Shown here in pieces: positions 7,418-16,986 of a DNA stretch of 34,981 nucleotides (within the stretch, counting starts at the first letter, position 1; every line of letters starts with the position of its first letter). Source of the stretch: a virus; the UHGV virus genome UHGV-0117537; one strand, 5' to 3'. A program made the translations under genes and the position numbers. The notes beneath the pieces are model-generated. The model was given only the letters and a program-made list of their open reading frames with translations. It was not told the DNA's origin and did no database searches.

Positions 7418-9828
7418 GTCATGACGATATGAGCAACTCTAGCGGCTTTAACGAGGCCGCTGTAGCATTTTCATGGAACGGCCCGAAAAAGGCCATTAAC
7501 CCTTATCTGGACCCGGCGGAAGTTGCGCTGGAGTCTGCACTTTCAAACCTGATCACTCTGTACGCTGCCGATAATGAGCAGGAACAGCTGCGCCGCGATG
7601 CACTGAGTGAGCAGGTCTGGGAGCGTTATTTCTTTAATGAATCCCGTGATCCTGTCCAGCGTGAAATGGAGCAGGATAAGCTCATTAGTCGGGCAAAGCT
7701 GGCGCATGAACAGCAGCGTTTTAACCCGCACATGGTCATTCTGGCGGACGTCAGCGCCCAGCCTTCCCACATCAGCAAGCCGCTGATGCAACGTATCGAA
7801 TATTTCAGCAGCCTGGGCAGGCCAAAGGCTTATTCTCGCTATCTGCGTGAGACGATTAAGCCATGTCTGGAACGACTGGAGCATGTACGCGACAGTCAGC
7901 TATCCACTTCTTTTCGCTTTATGGCAAGCCATGAAGGGCTGGACGGCCTGCTGATCCTGCCTGAAATGAGTCAGGATCAGGTGAAACGCCTGTCTACCCT
8001 TGTCGCTGCGCATATGAGCATGTGTCTTGATGCCGCTTGTGGTGATTTGTACGCCACCGATGATGTTAAGCCAGAAGAAATCCGCAAGACATGGGAAAGG
8101 GTGGCAGCGGAAACCCTACGTTTGGATGTCATCCCGCCTGCGTTTGAGCAACTCCGTCGGAAAAGAAACCGCCGTAAACCAGTGCCCTATGAACTCATTC
8201 CGGGCTCGCTGGCGCGTATGCTGTGCGCCGACTGGTGGTATCGGAAATTGTGGAAGATGCGTTGCGAATGGCGGGAAGAGCAGTTGCGTGCTGTCTGCCT
8301 GGTCAGCAAAAAAGCATCTCCCTATGTCAGCTATGAAGCTGTGATGCATAAACGTGAGCAGCGCCGTAAGTCGCTGGAGTTTTTCCGTTCTCATGAACTG
8401 GTGAACGAAGACGGAGACGCGCTGGATATGGAAGATGTGGTAAACGCCAGCTGCAGCAACCCGGCGCATCGCCGCAATGAGATGATGGCCTGTGTTAAAG
8501 GTCTGGAGCTTATCGCGGAAATGCGCGGTGACTGCGCCGTTTTCTACACCATTACCTGTCCGTCACGTTTCCATTCCACGCTAAATAACGGCAGACCCAA
8601 CCCGACCTGGAAAAACGCGACGGTAAGACAAAGCAGCGATTATCTGGTCGGTATGTTTGCTGCATTTCGTAAGGCGATGCACAAAGCCGGGTTGCGCTGG
8701 TATGGCGTGCGGGTGGCTGAGCCGCATCACGACGGCACAGTTCACTGGCACCTGTTGTGTTTCATGCGCAAAAAAGACCGCCGCGCCATTACTGCATTGT
8801 TGCGTAAGTTTGCTATCCGTGAAGACCGCGAGGAGCTGGGCAATAACACGGGGCCGCGCTTTAAGTCTGAGCTGATTAACCCGCGCAAAGGAACGCCGAC
8901 AAGCTACATAGCGAAATACATCAGTAAGAACATTGACGGGCGTGGTCTGGCTGGCGAGATCAGCAAGGAAACGGGTAAATCTCTTCGTGATAACGCTGAA
9001 TACGTGAATGCCTGGGCGTCTTTGCATCGTGTTCAGCAATTCCGCTTCTTTGGTATTCCGGGGCGTCAGGCTTACCGTGAACTGCGATTGCTGGCTGGTC
9101 AGGCGGCAAGGCAGCAGGGTGACAAAAAAGCAGGTGTGCCGGTACTGGATAACCCGCGCCTTGATGCCATTCTGGCTGCTGCTGATGCTGGTTGTTTTGC
9201 CACCTATATCATGAAGCAGGGAGGTGTACTGGTTCCCCGTAAATATCACCTCATCAGAACTGCTTATGAAATTAACGAAGAGCCGACCGCCTATGGCGAT
9301 CACGGTATTCGTATTTATGGCATCTGGTCACCCATTGCAGAGGGCAAGATCTGCACTCATGCAGTGAAGTGGAAAATGGTTCGTAAGGCCGTTGACGTTC
9401 AGGAGGCGGCAGCCGACCAGGGCGCTTGCGCCCCTTGGACTCGTGGCAATAACTGTCCCCTTGCTGAAAATTTGAACCAACAAGGGAAAGACAAATCAGC
9501 TGATGGGGACTCCAGAACGGATATTACCCGTATGAATGACAAGGAGTTGCACGATTACCTGCACAGTATGAGCAAAAAAGAGCGCCGGGAACTGGCTGCA
9601 AGGTTACGCCAGGTGAAACCGAAACGGCGTAAAGACTACAAACAGCGAATTACAGACCATCAGCGACAGCAGCTCGTCTATGAACTGAAGTCCAGGGGAT
9701 TTGATGGCAGCGAGAAAGAAGTCGATTTGCTCCTTCGCGGCGGCAGTATTCCGTCAGGAGCAGGCCTGCGTATCTTCTATCGGAACCAGCGTCTGAAGGA
9801 AGATGATAAGTGGCGGAACCTGTATTAA
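7414..9828 (+). CDS. A: Rolling-circle replication initiation endonuclease (P2 gpA-like)
   Basis: 804 aa; conserved HWH-type metal motif (TVHWHLLCF) and active-site tyrosine region ([14 protein letters not shown]) typical of P2 A / phiX174 A family; position after early operon. Confidence 0.88.
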   Translation: MSHDDMSNSSGFNEAAVAFSWNGPKKAINPYLDPAEVALESALSNLITLYAADNEQEQLRRDALSEQVWERYFFNESRDPVQREMEQDKLISRAKLAHEQQRFNPHMVILADVSAQPSHISKPLMQRIEYFSSLGRPKAYSRYLRETIKPCLERLEHVRDSQLSTSFRFMASHEGLDGLLILPEMSQDQVKRLSTLVAAHMSMCLDAACGDLYATDDVKPEEIRKTWERVAAETLRLDVIPPAFEQLRRKRNRRKPVPYELIPGSLARMLCADWWYRKLWKMRCEWREEQLRAVCLVSKKASPYVSYEAVMHKREQRRKSLEFFRSHELVNEDGDALDMEDVVNASCSNPAHRRNEMMACVKGLELIAEMRGDCAVFYTITCPSRFHSTLNNGRPNPTWKNATVRQSSDYLVGMFAAFRKAMHKAGLRWYGVRVAEPHHDGTVHWHLLCFMRKKDRRAITALLRKFAIREDREELGNNTGPRFKSELINPRKGTPTSYIAKYISKNIDGRGLAGEISKETGKSLRDNAEYVNAWASLHRVQQFRFFGIPGRQAYRELRLLAGQAARQQGDKKAGVPVLDNPRLDAILAAADAGCFATYIMKQGGVLVPRKYHLIRTAYEINEEPTAYGDHGIRIYGIWSPIAEGKICTHAVKWKMVRKAVDVQEAAADQGACAPWTRGNNCPLAENLNQQGKDKSADGDSRTDITRMNDKELHDYLHSMSKKERRELAARLRQVKPKRRKDYKQRITDHQRQQLVYELKSRGFDGSEKEVDLLLRGGSIPSGAGLRIFYRNQRLKEDDKWRNLY

Positions 9829-9920
9829 TTACGCGGGTTAACAATTCGTGCTCTTAATAATACCAGGCATATCAGGCCGATGAACGTAAAAAAACGTTTT
9901 ACATCAGTAAGATTATTATA

Positions 9921-9940
9921 TACTGTAAATATAAACAGTG
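9921..9940. promoter_or_regulatory. LexA (SOS) box taCTGTaaatataaaCAGtg
   Basis: CTGT-N8-ACAG with AT-rich spacer, close match to the LexA consensus; about 40 bp upstream of a strong AGGAGG RBS and the 9981 ORF. Confidence 0.7.
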
Positions 9941-9980
9941 GTTATGTATACAGTATTGTTTTGGTGTCATAGGAGGAAAG

Positions 9981-10169
9981 ATGCAGGACTATTTTTTGGA
10001 GTCTTTGAAGCTTCAGCGCATTGATTTTTTTCTTAAGCTTGTAGCGGCTAGTGAGTGTAGTGATGAAGAGAAGGGGCTGGCTCTGCAGTGGGTTTCTGAA
10101 TTGACTGATGAACTTATGGCAAAAATCAGAAGTCACGAATACAACCGCTCAATGGATGTCATCAGCTGA
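9981..10169 (+). CDS. Small SOS-controlled protein (possible N-terminal part of a Tum-like antirepressor)
   Basis: 62-aa ORF preceded by AGGAGG RBS and the LexA box; immediately followed by the DinI-like ORF. Confidence 0.5.
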   Translation: MQDYFLESLKLQRIDFFLKLVAASECSDEEKGLALQWVSELTDELMAKIRSHEYNRSMDVIS

Positions 10170-10179
10170 GGTGACTTTT

Positions 10180-10413
10180 ATGCGCATTGAAATAATGATC
10201 GATAAAGAGCAGAAGATTAGCCAGTCTACCCTGGACGCCCTTGAATCCGAGCTTTACCGCAATCTGCGCCCCCTGTATCCCAAAACGGTAATTCGCATTC
10301 GCAAAGGTAGCTCTAACGGTGTGGAACTAACCGGACTGCAACTGGATGAAGAAAGAAAACAAGTGATGAAAATTATGCAGAAGGTGTGGGAGGACGACAG
10401 CTGGCTGCATTAA
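10180..10413 (+). CDS. DinI-family protein (Tum C-terminal-like / DinI-like)
   Basis: 77 aa from internal ATG of ORF 10108-10413; MRIEIMIDK...SWLH resembles DinI family (MRIEV... start, acidic C-terminus). Confidence 0.75.
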   Translation: MRIEIMIDKEQKISQSTLDALESELYRNLRPLYPKTVIRIRKGSSNGVELTGLQLDEERKQVMKIMQKVWEDDSWLH

Positions 10414-10605
10414 GAAACGTGGCCCCCAGGAGGATTCATTCTGATGGGGGCTAGTTTGGGCAATGAGTGAAATAAGGCGTAAGGTGGGCGGTTATTTTGA
10501 TAAGTGATCGTCCGCTTTGTGTCAGAAGCAGAAGTGGGAGTGTCTGAGACTCTCTAAAAGTTGATGATTCACTTACAAAACCATTTTCCTGATGGATGCT
10601 TACAC

Positions 10606-10941
10606 TTACGAATGATCATTCTGTTTAGTCTTCATGAGAAAATCCCGAATCTTTGCCAAGTTTGAATTTTCGGGGATTGAATCCATGTACGGATCACGCT
10701 CAAACACTAATTGCTCAGATTCAACGAAAGCCTGCCACTCTACTGGGTCTAGCTCAAATCCCATTGCTGTCATATCACTTTCATCTTCCCCCTCGATCCA
10801 GTGGACTAAATAAAACAATTCATCATCAGGAGAATCATCCTCACCATCAACAATATCAACATCGGTTACAGTGATACGTAGGGTGGGATCGATTTTTGAG
10901 ACATAAATTCCTAACTGTGGTATAGGGGGAATATTGTTCAT
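10606..10941 (-). CDS. Hypothetical acidic protein (orphan, accessory)
   Basis: 111-aa ORF on opposite strand to surrounding genes; strongly acidic (runs of D/E: DGEDDSPDDE, EGEDESD); no family recognised. Confidence 0.45.
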   Translation of the reverse strand: MNNIPPIPQLGIYVSKIDPTLRITVTDVDIVDGEDDSPDDELFYLVHWIEGEDESDMTAMGFELDPVEWQAFVESEQLVFERDPYMDSIPENSNLAKIRDFLMKTKQNDHS

Positions 10942-11320
10942 GGAAACTCCTTTTATTGGTGTTTGCTATTTGAATAAAAATACGCCAAACAGAGTGTTAA
11001 CTGTGAATATGGAAAGAATCGTTGTAAGTACCCCGCTTAGGTGTCCCATTCTATTTTAGAGGTTCTCGTGCATATGGATTATGTTATCTGAAAGCTAACT
11101 TCCGCTTCCCGTTCACAGCGAACATTCATCTTTGTAAACCCGTATGATCCGTTTTTCAAGTGGCCATTCAGATACGGATTTTCACTTCCTTGACAGTGCA
11201 TGACTATGCTGCATGAAATCGCATGATCGATTGAGGATCGTCTTTGCTCAGATCCGCCAGAACTGGCGGGCTTTTGCTCATGTCATGCATGTGCATGAAA
11301 ACCACTGCATAAAGCGGGCA

Positions 11321-11340
11321 GGCGTGGCGGGGATACGAGC
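11321..11340. other. Candidate cos (cohesive-end) site
   Basis: GGCGTGGCGGGGA... resembles the 19-nt cohesive ends recalled for 186/P2 (GGCG(T/A)GGCGGGGAAAGCA); GC-rich island in otherwise AT-rich intergenic region between A-side genes and portal side. Confidence 0.3.
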
Positions 11341-11415
11341 GCGCGGAAGCAGTTTCACATGTAATTCGATTGGTGTAATCTAAACTACAACTTAAGAAAA
11401 GAGAATGAGTAAACC

Positions 11416-13155
11416 ATGGAATTGCACGCATATACTAGAACCATATCAGAATTACTTTCGGTTAATAGAAAATATGTTGTCCCAAGATTTCAGCGAGAAT
11501 ATTCTTGGGTAAAAGAACAAATTAATGAGCTTTGGTATGATGTAATATCTAATATCAAATTAGAGAATGATTTCACATATTCTAATAATGAGTATTTTAT
11601 TGGTTCTTTAGTTTTAGTTGGAGATGAAACAGGAAGGGAAATGCAAATAGTTGATGGTCAGCAACGACTTACAACTCTTACGATTTTTCTTTCCGTTTTA
11701 TGTGAGGCGTTCAAGCTAAACAATCAATCAGATTTAGCATCTGCTCTATTTGAAAATTATATTGAAGGTCGTGATGATGATGGTAAGAAATTTTTTAAGC
11801 TAATAAATGAAACACCTAAGCCTTTTTTTCAGAAAAATATCCAACACCTTAATAAGGCAGATGACGCACCCCAGACACAAGAGGAGCGAAATCTCTTGTC
11901 TGCATATAAGGAAATTACATCGTTAGCCTCAAAGGAAAAATTGGGAAAGCATTTTTCAGTCGAAATTAATACTGAAGATAATTATTCCAGTGTATTAAAA
12001 GCAATTAGGGATCAGATTTTAAGATTTCTTAAGATAATTTTTATTACTGTTAATGAAGAGGACGAGGCGTATACAATATTTGAAACATTAAATGCGAGAG
12101 GGATGAATTTAAGTTTTGTAGATCTAATTAAAAATAAATTATTTAAAGCGTTAAACAACCCTCATCCAAATGATGATGCAAAAGATAATTGGAAGGCTAT
12201 ACGTACTACTTTAATGCAAAGAAATGGTGTAGGGACTTTTGAAAATTTCATGAGGCACTGGTGGGTGTCGAAGTATGCTTACGTGAGCAATGAAAATCTT
12301 TATAAGTCCTTTATTGGAAAATGGCGTAAGGGGGAAATTAATCCGGTAACCTTTATTGAAGAATTGAAACAGGATGCCGAATTGTATGTACGCTTGTCAT
12401 CTCCTTTGGAGAGTGATTATCCACAAATGGAAGATAAACAGATATTCCATTCGTTGAATGCAATTAGGCTATTTGGTATAACGCAGTGTAGACCTTTTTT
12501 ATTAGCTTTACTAAAGGCAAAACAGCAAAGGAGATTGCGTCAATGTGATCTTTTAAAAGCAGTTAAATATATTGAAAATTTTCATTTTGTATTTAATGCG
12601 ATATGTTCATTAAGGCCGTCAGGGATAGAAGGTGCATATTCTAAGGCCGCAAGAGCAATAAATTCACCAAATGCTACAAAAGTAACTAATGGTACAACAA
12701 TTGAACAGTTATGCTTGTTGTTGAGTAACCGCAAGCCAGAAATTTCTGTATTCACTGAAAATTTCAGAGATATATTATTTACTGATGACAACTCCAAGCA
12801 AAAAAGATTGGTCCAATATATTATAAATAAATTTGAAATGGCCCGTCATAATGGAGATGAGTATCGTCCTAATTCTATTTCTTTAGAGCATATAATGCCT
12901 CAAAGTGCTGGCAACGATAAGGAAATAGGAATGATTGGAAATATAATCCCTCTGTCAAAAGAACTTAATGAGCAAGCTGGTAATAAATCATTGGCACAAA
13001 AGCTCTCTATCTATTCACAATCGGAGTTTAGATTGACGGAAGAGTTTATTAGTGAACTTGAAACCATTTACCATAATGAATGGAATCTCCAGTCTATTAT
13101 TCAGAAGACAGATAGAATGGCTGGTGAGGCTTATATGAATATTTGGAGTCATTAA
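11416..13155 (+). CDS. DUF262/DUF1524 (GmrSD/BrxU-like) type IV restriction endonuclease-like protein; candidate anti-phage defence cargo
   Basis: 579 aa; N-terminal DGQQR motif (QIVDGQQRLTTL) diagnostic of DUF262/ParB-like NTPase domain, C-terminal His-Me/HNH-like motif (ISLEHIMPQS) of DUF1524; markedly AT-rich; located between replication gene and portal gene. Confidence 0.72.
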   Translation: MELHAYTRTISELLSVNRKYVVPRFQREYSWVKEQINELWYDVISNIKLENDFTYSNNEYFIGSLVLVGDETGREMQIVDGQQRLTTLTIFLSVLCEAFKLNNQSDLASALFENYIEGRDDDGKKFFKLINETPKPFFQKNIQHLNKADDAPQTQEERNLLSAYKEITSLASKEKLGKHFSVEINTEDNYSSVLKAIRDQILRFLKIIFITVNEEDEAYTIFETLNARGMNLSFVDLIKNKLFKALNNPHPNDDAKDNWKAIRTTLMQRNGVGTFENFMRHWWVSKYAYVSNENLYKSFIGKWRKGEINPVTFIEELKQDAELYVRLSSPLESDYPQMEDKQIFHSLNAIRLFGITQCRPFLLALLKAKQQRRLRQCDLLKAVKYIENFHFVFNAICSLRPSGIEGAYSKAARAINSPNATKVTNGTTIEQLCLLLSNRKPEISVFTENFRDILFTDDNSKQKRLVQYIINKFEMARHNGDEYRPNSISLEHIMPQSAGNDKEIGMIGNIIPLSKELNEQAGNKSLAQKLSIYSQSEFRLTEEFISELETIYHNEWNLQSIIQKTDRMAGEAYMNIWSH

Positions 13156-13160
13156 TAGTT

Positions 13161-13195
13161 AAATGCCCTATTATTATATCAGTAATAGGGCATTT
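13161..13195. terminator. Perfect 13-bp stem hairpin between convergent genes (possible bidirectional terminator)
   Basis: aaatgccctatta / ttatatcag / taatagggcattt; lies between stop of 11416-13155 gene and stop of portal gene; no clear U-tract. Confidence 0.35.
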
Positions 13196-13199
13196 GAAA

Positions 13200-14231
13200 T
13201 TACTCCAACACGTAATTGCCAAATGAAATTATTGGCTCCCCAATCCATTTGTTTAATTCGCATATGAGTTTTTGTAAGGGAATTAACTCGTTTCTTACAA
13301 ATACCTTACTAGCTTTCTCTACATCCCCAAATCCCCCGACATTATTTGGCATTATCCCCATCATTTGCGGCGGCACTCGGTGTGCTGCCATCATGTCATC
13401 GCGGCTGACATTTTTGATATTCAGAAACTCATCCTTTGCCGCAACTTCTGACAAAGGGATGATCTGAAGGCCGTCCTTTTTGCCGTTAGGCGAGTACATA
13501 AACAGGTTGCGGAAGTTGCCTGGACCTTTGGCGCTTTTCATCGCGTTGCGGAGGTTGTTCACATCCTCCTGATTCTGCGCGGCGTCGGTCATGTACATGA
13601 TGAAGCCTGCATGGCTGCCGTTGATGTAATACTTACGGCGGAATAGCGTGGCGGATTCGTTGAGCAGGGCGGATGGAATGGCAGAAAGATAGCCGGGCAG
13701 GCCGTAGATCTCCTGGTTGATGTCCGGTTCCATCAGATGAAAAATGCTGCCTTTCGTGAACTGATACGGCTGGGTTGTCATGCCGTATTGCACAAACCAG
13801 TAGGTATCCAGGTCTAACCCGCGTCGGGTGTATTTTGCCAGCGCAGGCTCAAGGGCGATAACTTCACCGAATCGGTTCGTGCGTTTCTCCAGGTAGGCGT
13901 TACCAAATACCAGATAGTCCTGCACAAAACGCGAAAAAGCCTGCTGGCTGAGCAGCGGATGAGGGATATAGGTACTGGTCAGAATGTTGCACTTTACTGC
14001 AATCGGGGAACTGTGATGCACGGCAGCGCGGAAGGTGCGCGCCAGTCCGTCAAAGCTGACGGGCGGCTCATACCAACGGTCCATCTGTACGCATTCCACA
14101 TAGTCCAGCAGTTCTCGGCGGTCCAGAACAGGAACGGGATCGCCGAAGCTGAATGCTTCGGCTGTAGTCTGGCTTTTAAGCTGGATCTGTTTCGTCGCCG
14201 CAGCGCGGTTCTTCTTACTCTTTCCCATCAA
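13200..14231 (-). CDS. Q: Portal protein (P2 gpQ-like)
   Basis: 343 aa, size and position (adjacent to, and co-oriented with, terminase P) match P2 Q. Confidence 0.9.
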   Translation of the reverse strand: MMGKSKKNRAAATKQIQLKSQTTAEAFSFGDPVPVLDRRELLDYVECVQMDRWYEPPVSFDGLARTFRAAVHHSSPIAVKCNILTSTYIPHPLLSQQAFSRFVQDYLVFGNAYLEKRTNRFGEVIALEPALAKYTRRGLDLDTYWFVQYGMTTQPYQFTKGSIFHLMEPDINQEIYGLPGYLSAIPSALLNESATLFRRKYYINGSHAGFIMYMTDAAQNQEDVNNLRNAMKSAKGPGNFRNLFMYSPNGKKDGLQIIPLSEVAAKDEFLNIKNVSRDDMMAAHRVPPQMMGIMPNNVGGFGDVEKASKVFVRNELIPLQKLICELNKWIGEPIISFGNYVLE

Positions 14232-15994
14232 AAAATCTCCACAATATTGCTGGTATTGGCGGATTCGCCCTGCAGCGGTTCGTTAAACAGTGCGTGCATT
14301 GTTGCCCAGGCCAGATCGGCGTGGCTGGCTTCTTCGCTGCGGCTGGCTTCATAGGTCGGGCGGTTGCCGCTGGCGGTGGTTGCGCGACGGATTGCCATGA
14401 ATGACTGCGCAATGTCGGTGTGTCCGGCGTCAAACTCCAGACGGCGGTGGCTGATAATGTCGTAGGCCTTGAGTACCAGGGCATTTTTAACATTGGGGTT
14501 ATAGACAAACTCCCGGACGGCAGGAAAGAACGCTTTCACGTTCTCATAAACCCCGTGACCAACGCCGGTCGAGTCGATACCGATATACGTAACGTTGTAC
14601 TGTTCGGTGAGTTTTTTGATGGCGTCAGCCTGGGCGCGGAAGTCCATCCCGCGCCACTGGTGACGCTCAAGAATGCGGAACTTACCACCCGGCACGGCTG
14701 GCGGAGCCACCACCACGCATCCGGCACTGTCGCCGTTCTGCGTACCTTTTGCCGGGTCATAACCGATCCACACTTCGCGCCAGCCAAACGGGCGCAGCGC
14801 CAGTGCATGAAAGTCGGTCCAGACTTCCCAGCTGTCCACCATGCACGCCTGTAGCTCGCTGAGCGGAAACACGGACGCGAGATCGTCCACGAACTCACAC
14901 ATCAGCAGGTTCTGGTATTCGTCCGGGCTGTACTCCATGCGCAACTGGTCGAGATCGAACAGGTTACAGCCGCCGCGCACCGCATCTTCCACGGTGACTA
15001 TCTGGCGGTATTGCCCGTCTGCGCACAGCAGGCCGGGGGCCAGATTGCTGTGGGACAGGTCGATGTCCACCTTGTCAGCTTTGTTGCGCCCACGGTTGAA
15101 CAGCGCACCGGACCAGAACGGATAAGCACTGTGGGTCAGACTGGATGGTGTGGAAAAATAGGTCTGCCGCCATTTCTTGTGAATAGCCATACCGGAAGCC
15201 ACTTTGCGTAGCTCCTGAAATTTCGGTATCCAGAAATATTCATCCAGATACAGGTTGCCGTGATAACTCTGGGCCGTGCGGGCATTGGTGCCGAGGAAGT
15301 AAAGCGTGGCCCCGTTAGGAAGCACCATCGGATCGCCTTTCAGCTCCACCTCCACTTCTTTGGCGAAGTCGATGATGTACTGCTTAAAGACGTGGGCCTG
15401 TGCCTTACTGGCGGAAAGGAAAATCTGGTTACGCCCGGTAAGCAGGGCGTCAATCAGGGCTTCACGGGCAAAGTAAAAGGTCGCGCCGATCTGGCGTGAC
15501 TTCAGCAGGTTGCGGATGCGGTTGGTTTTTCCGGCTTCCCACCAGTGGCGCTGGTAGTTGAACATGGAGGAATGGAAGATTTCTTCCAGCTTCTCAATCT
15601 GTTCATCGGTGAAGACATTTTTTTCCGGCTGACGGCGCGGGCCTTTGTTGCGGTTGGCGACGTTAGGGTTTAAGTCGGCTTCGTTGCCGCCATTGTTAAA
15701 CTTGCCGATCCGCGCGTGGCGCTCAGACTGGCGCGCCAGCAGGTCAATCTCTTTGAAATCTTTCCCTTCTTTGTGCTCCTTCATAATGAGCTGGCAGTAG
15801 CGTGCGGCGGTGGTGAGCTGCATCTGATCCAGCGGCCCATAGTCACCCCACTTGTCGCGTTTTTTCCAGCTGTGAACGGTTGCAACTTTCTCGCCCAGCA
15901 TTTCAGCAATGCGGGCTACGCGGTATCCCTGAAAGTACAGCAGCATGGCCTGCCGACGGGGATCGAGATCTGCGGGTGTCAGTGTGGTGTTCAT
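14228..15994 (-). CDS. P: Terminase large (ATPase) subunit (P2 gpP-like)
   Basis: 588 aa; start overlaps Q; size matches P2 P (about 590 aa). Confidence 0.92.
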   Translation of the reverse strand: MNTTLTPADLDPRRQAMLLYFQGYRVARIAEMLGEKVATVHSWKKRDKWGDYGPLDQMQLTTAARYCQLIMKEHKEGKDFKEIDLLARQSERHARIGKFNNGGNEADLNPNVANRNKGPRRQPEKNVFTDEQIEKLEEIFHSSMFNYQRHWWEAGKTNRIRNLLKSRQIGATFYFAREALIDALLTGRNQIFLSASKAQAHVFKQYIIDFAKEVEVELKGDPMVLPNGATLYFLGTNARTAQSYHGNLYLDEYFWIPKFQELRKVASGMAIHKKWRQTYFSTPSSLTHSAYPFWSGALFNRGRNKADKVDIDLSHSNLAPGLLCADGQYRQIVTVEDAVRGGCNLFDLDQLRMEYSPDEYQNLLMCEFVDDLASVFPLSELQACMVDSWEVWTDFHALALRPFGWREVWIGYDPAKGTQNGDSAGCVVVAPPAVPGGKFRILERHQWRGMDFRAQADAIKKLTEQYNVTYIGIDSTGVGHGVYENVKAFFPAVREFVYNPNVKNALVLKAYDIISHRRLEFDAGHTDIAQSFMAIRRATTASGNRPTYEASRSEEASHADLAWATMHALFNEPLQGESANTSNIVEIF

Positions 15995-16038
15995 GGCACA
16001 AACCTACAGTCTTGAATGAAGGCTTTCCCCGCCTGCGG

Positions 16039-16060
16039 TTTGTGTGGTTGTCGGTACAAA
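16039..16060. promoter_or_regulatory. Late-promoter activator site TGT-N12-ACA in the divergent P/O intergenic region
   Basis: tgtgtggttgtcggtaca fits the Ogr/Delta-dependent late promoter element of P2-like phages; located between divergent P and O genes. Confidence 0.5.
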
Positions 16061-16136
16061 TACCGCGCATTGTTTCACTGCCCTCATCACCGCAACCATA
16101 AGGCTCCAGTAAGTTTTTTCTAACGGAGCACGGCTC

Positions 16137-16970
16137 ATGACAGTGAAAGCAAAGCGTTTTCGCATCGGGGTGGAAGGTGCCACTACCGACGGACGTGAAA
16201 TCCAGCGTGAATGGCTGGAACAGATGGCAGCCAGCTACAACCCGGCGGTGTATACCGCGCTGATTAACCTTGAGCACATCAAGTCTTATCTGCCGGACAG
16301 CACCTTTAACCGCTACGGCAAGGTGACGGCGCTGTTTGCTGAAGAAATCACGGAAGGTCCGTTGGCAGGCAAGATGGCGCTGTATGCCGACGTTGAGCCA
16401 ACGGAATCCCTGGTGGAACTGGTGAAAAAAGGCCAGAAATTATTCACCTCTATGGAAGTCAGCCCGAAGTTTGCTGATACGGGCAAAGCCTACCTGGTCG
16501 GCCTGGCTGCCACTGATGACCCTGCCAGTCTGGGCACCGAAATGCTGACATTCAGCGCCAGTGCAGCCCATAACCCACTGGCAAACCGCAAGCAGAATCC
16601 TGCCAATCTCTTTACCGCTGCAGAGGAAACGGTGATCGAACTGGAAGAAATCCAGGACGACAAACCGTCCCTGTTTGCCCGTGTCACGGCGCTGTTTACC
16701 AAAAAAGAGCAGTCCGATGACGCCCGGTTCTCTGATGTGCATAAGGCCGTGGAGCTGGTCGCCACTGAGCAGCAGAACCTGAGCGCACGCACCGAAAAAT
16801 CCCTGTCTGAGCAGGAAGAACGCCTGTCTGAACTGGAGACTGCTCTGCAGGAGCAGCAAACCGCCTTTAACGAACTGGTGAATAAGCTGAGTCATGAAGA
16901 CAGCCGCCAGGACTACCGCCAGCGTGCAACAGGCGGTAACGCCCCCGCTGACACTCTGACCAATTGCTGA
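16137..16970 (+). CDS. O: Capsid scaffolding protein (P2 gpO-like)
   Basis: 277 aa; FRIGVEGATTDGR, INLEHI and YLVGLAATDDPASLGTE motifs recalled from gpO. Confidence 0.9.
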   Translation: MTVKAKRFRIGVEGATTDGREIQREWLEQMAASYNPAVYTALINLEHIKSYLPDSTFNRYGKVTALFAEEITEGPLAGKMALYADVEPTESLVELVKKGQKLFTSMEVSPKFADTGKAYLVGLAATDDPASLGTEMLTFSASAAHNPLANRKQNPANLFTAAEETVIELEEIQDDKPSLFARVTALFTKKEQSDDARFSDVHKAVELVATEQQNLSARTEKSLSEQEERLSELETALQEQQTAFNELVNKLSHEDSRQDYRQRATGGNAPADTLTNC

Positions 16971-16986
16971 TGGAGCACAAAACCTG

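Noticed and set aside
8581-9303. 240-aa minus-strand ORF inside replication gene A
   Set aside because: Entirely antisense to the A gene, which has clear conserved motifs; no RBS or family resemblance
11204-11431. 75-aa minus-strand ORF across the candidate cos/repeat region
   Set aside because: Spans an intergenic region better explained by cos and promoter elements; Cys/His-rich artefactual translation
14420-15499. Several plus-strand ORFs (66-144 aa) within terminase P
   Set aside because: Antisense to terminase large subunit; typical spurious ORFs in GC-rich coding sequence
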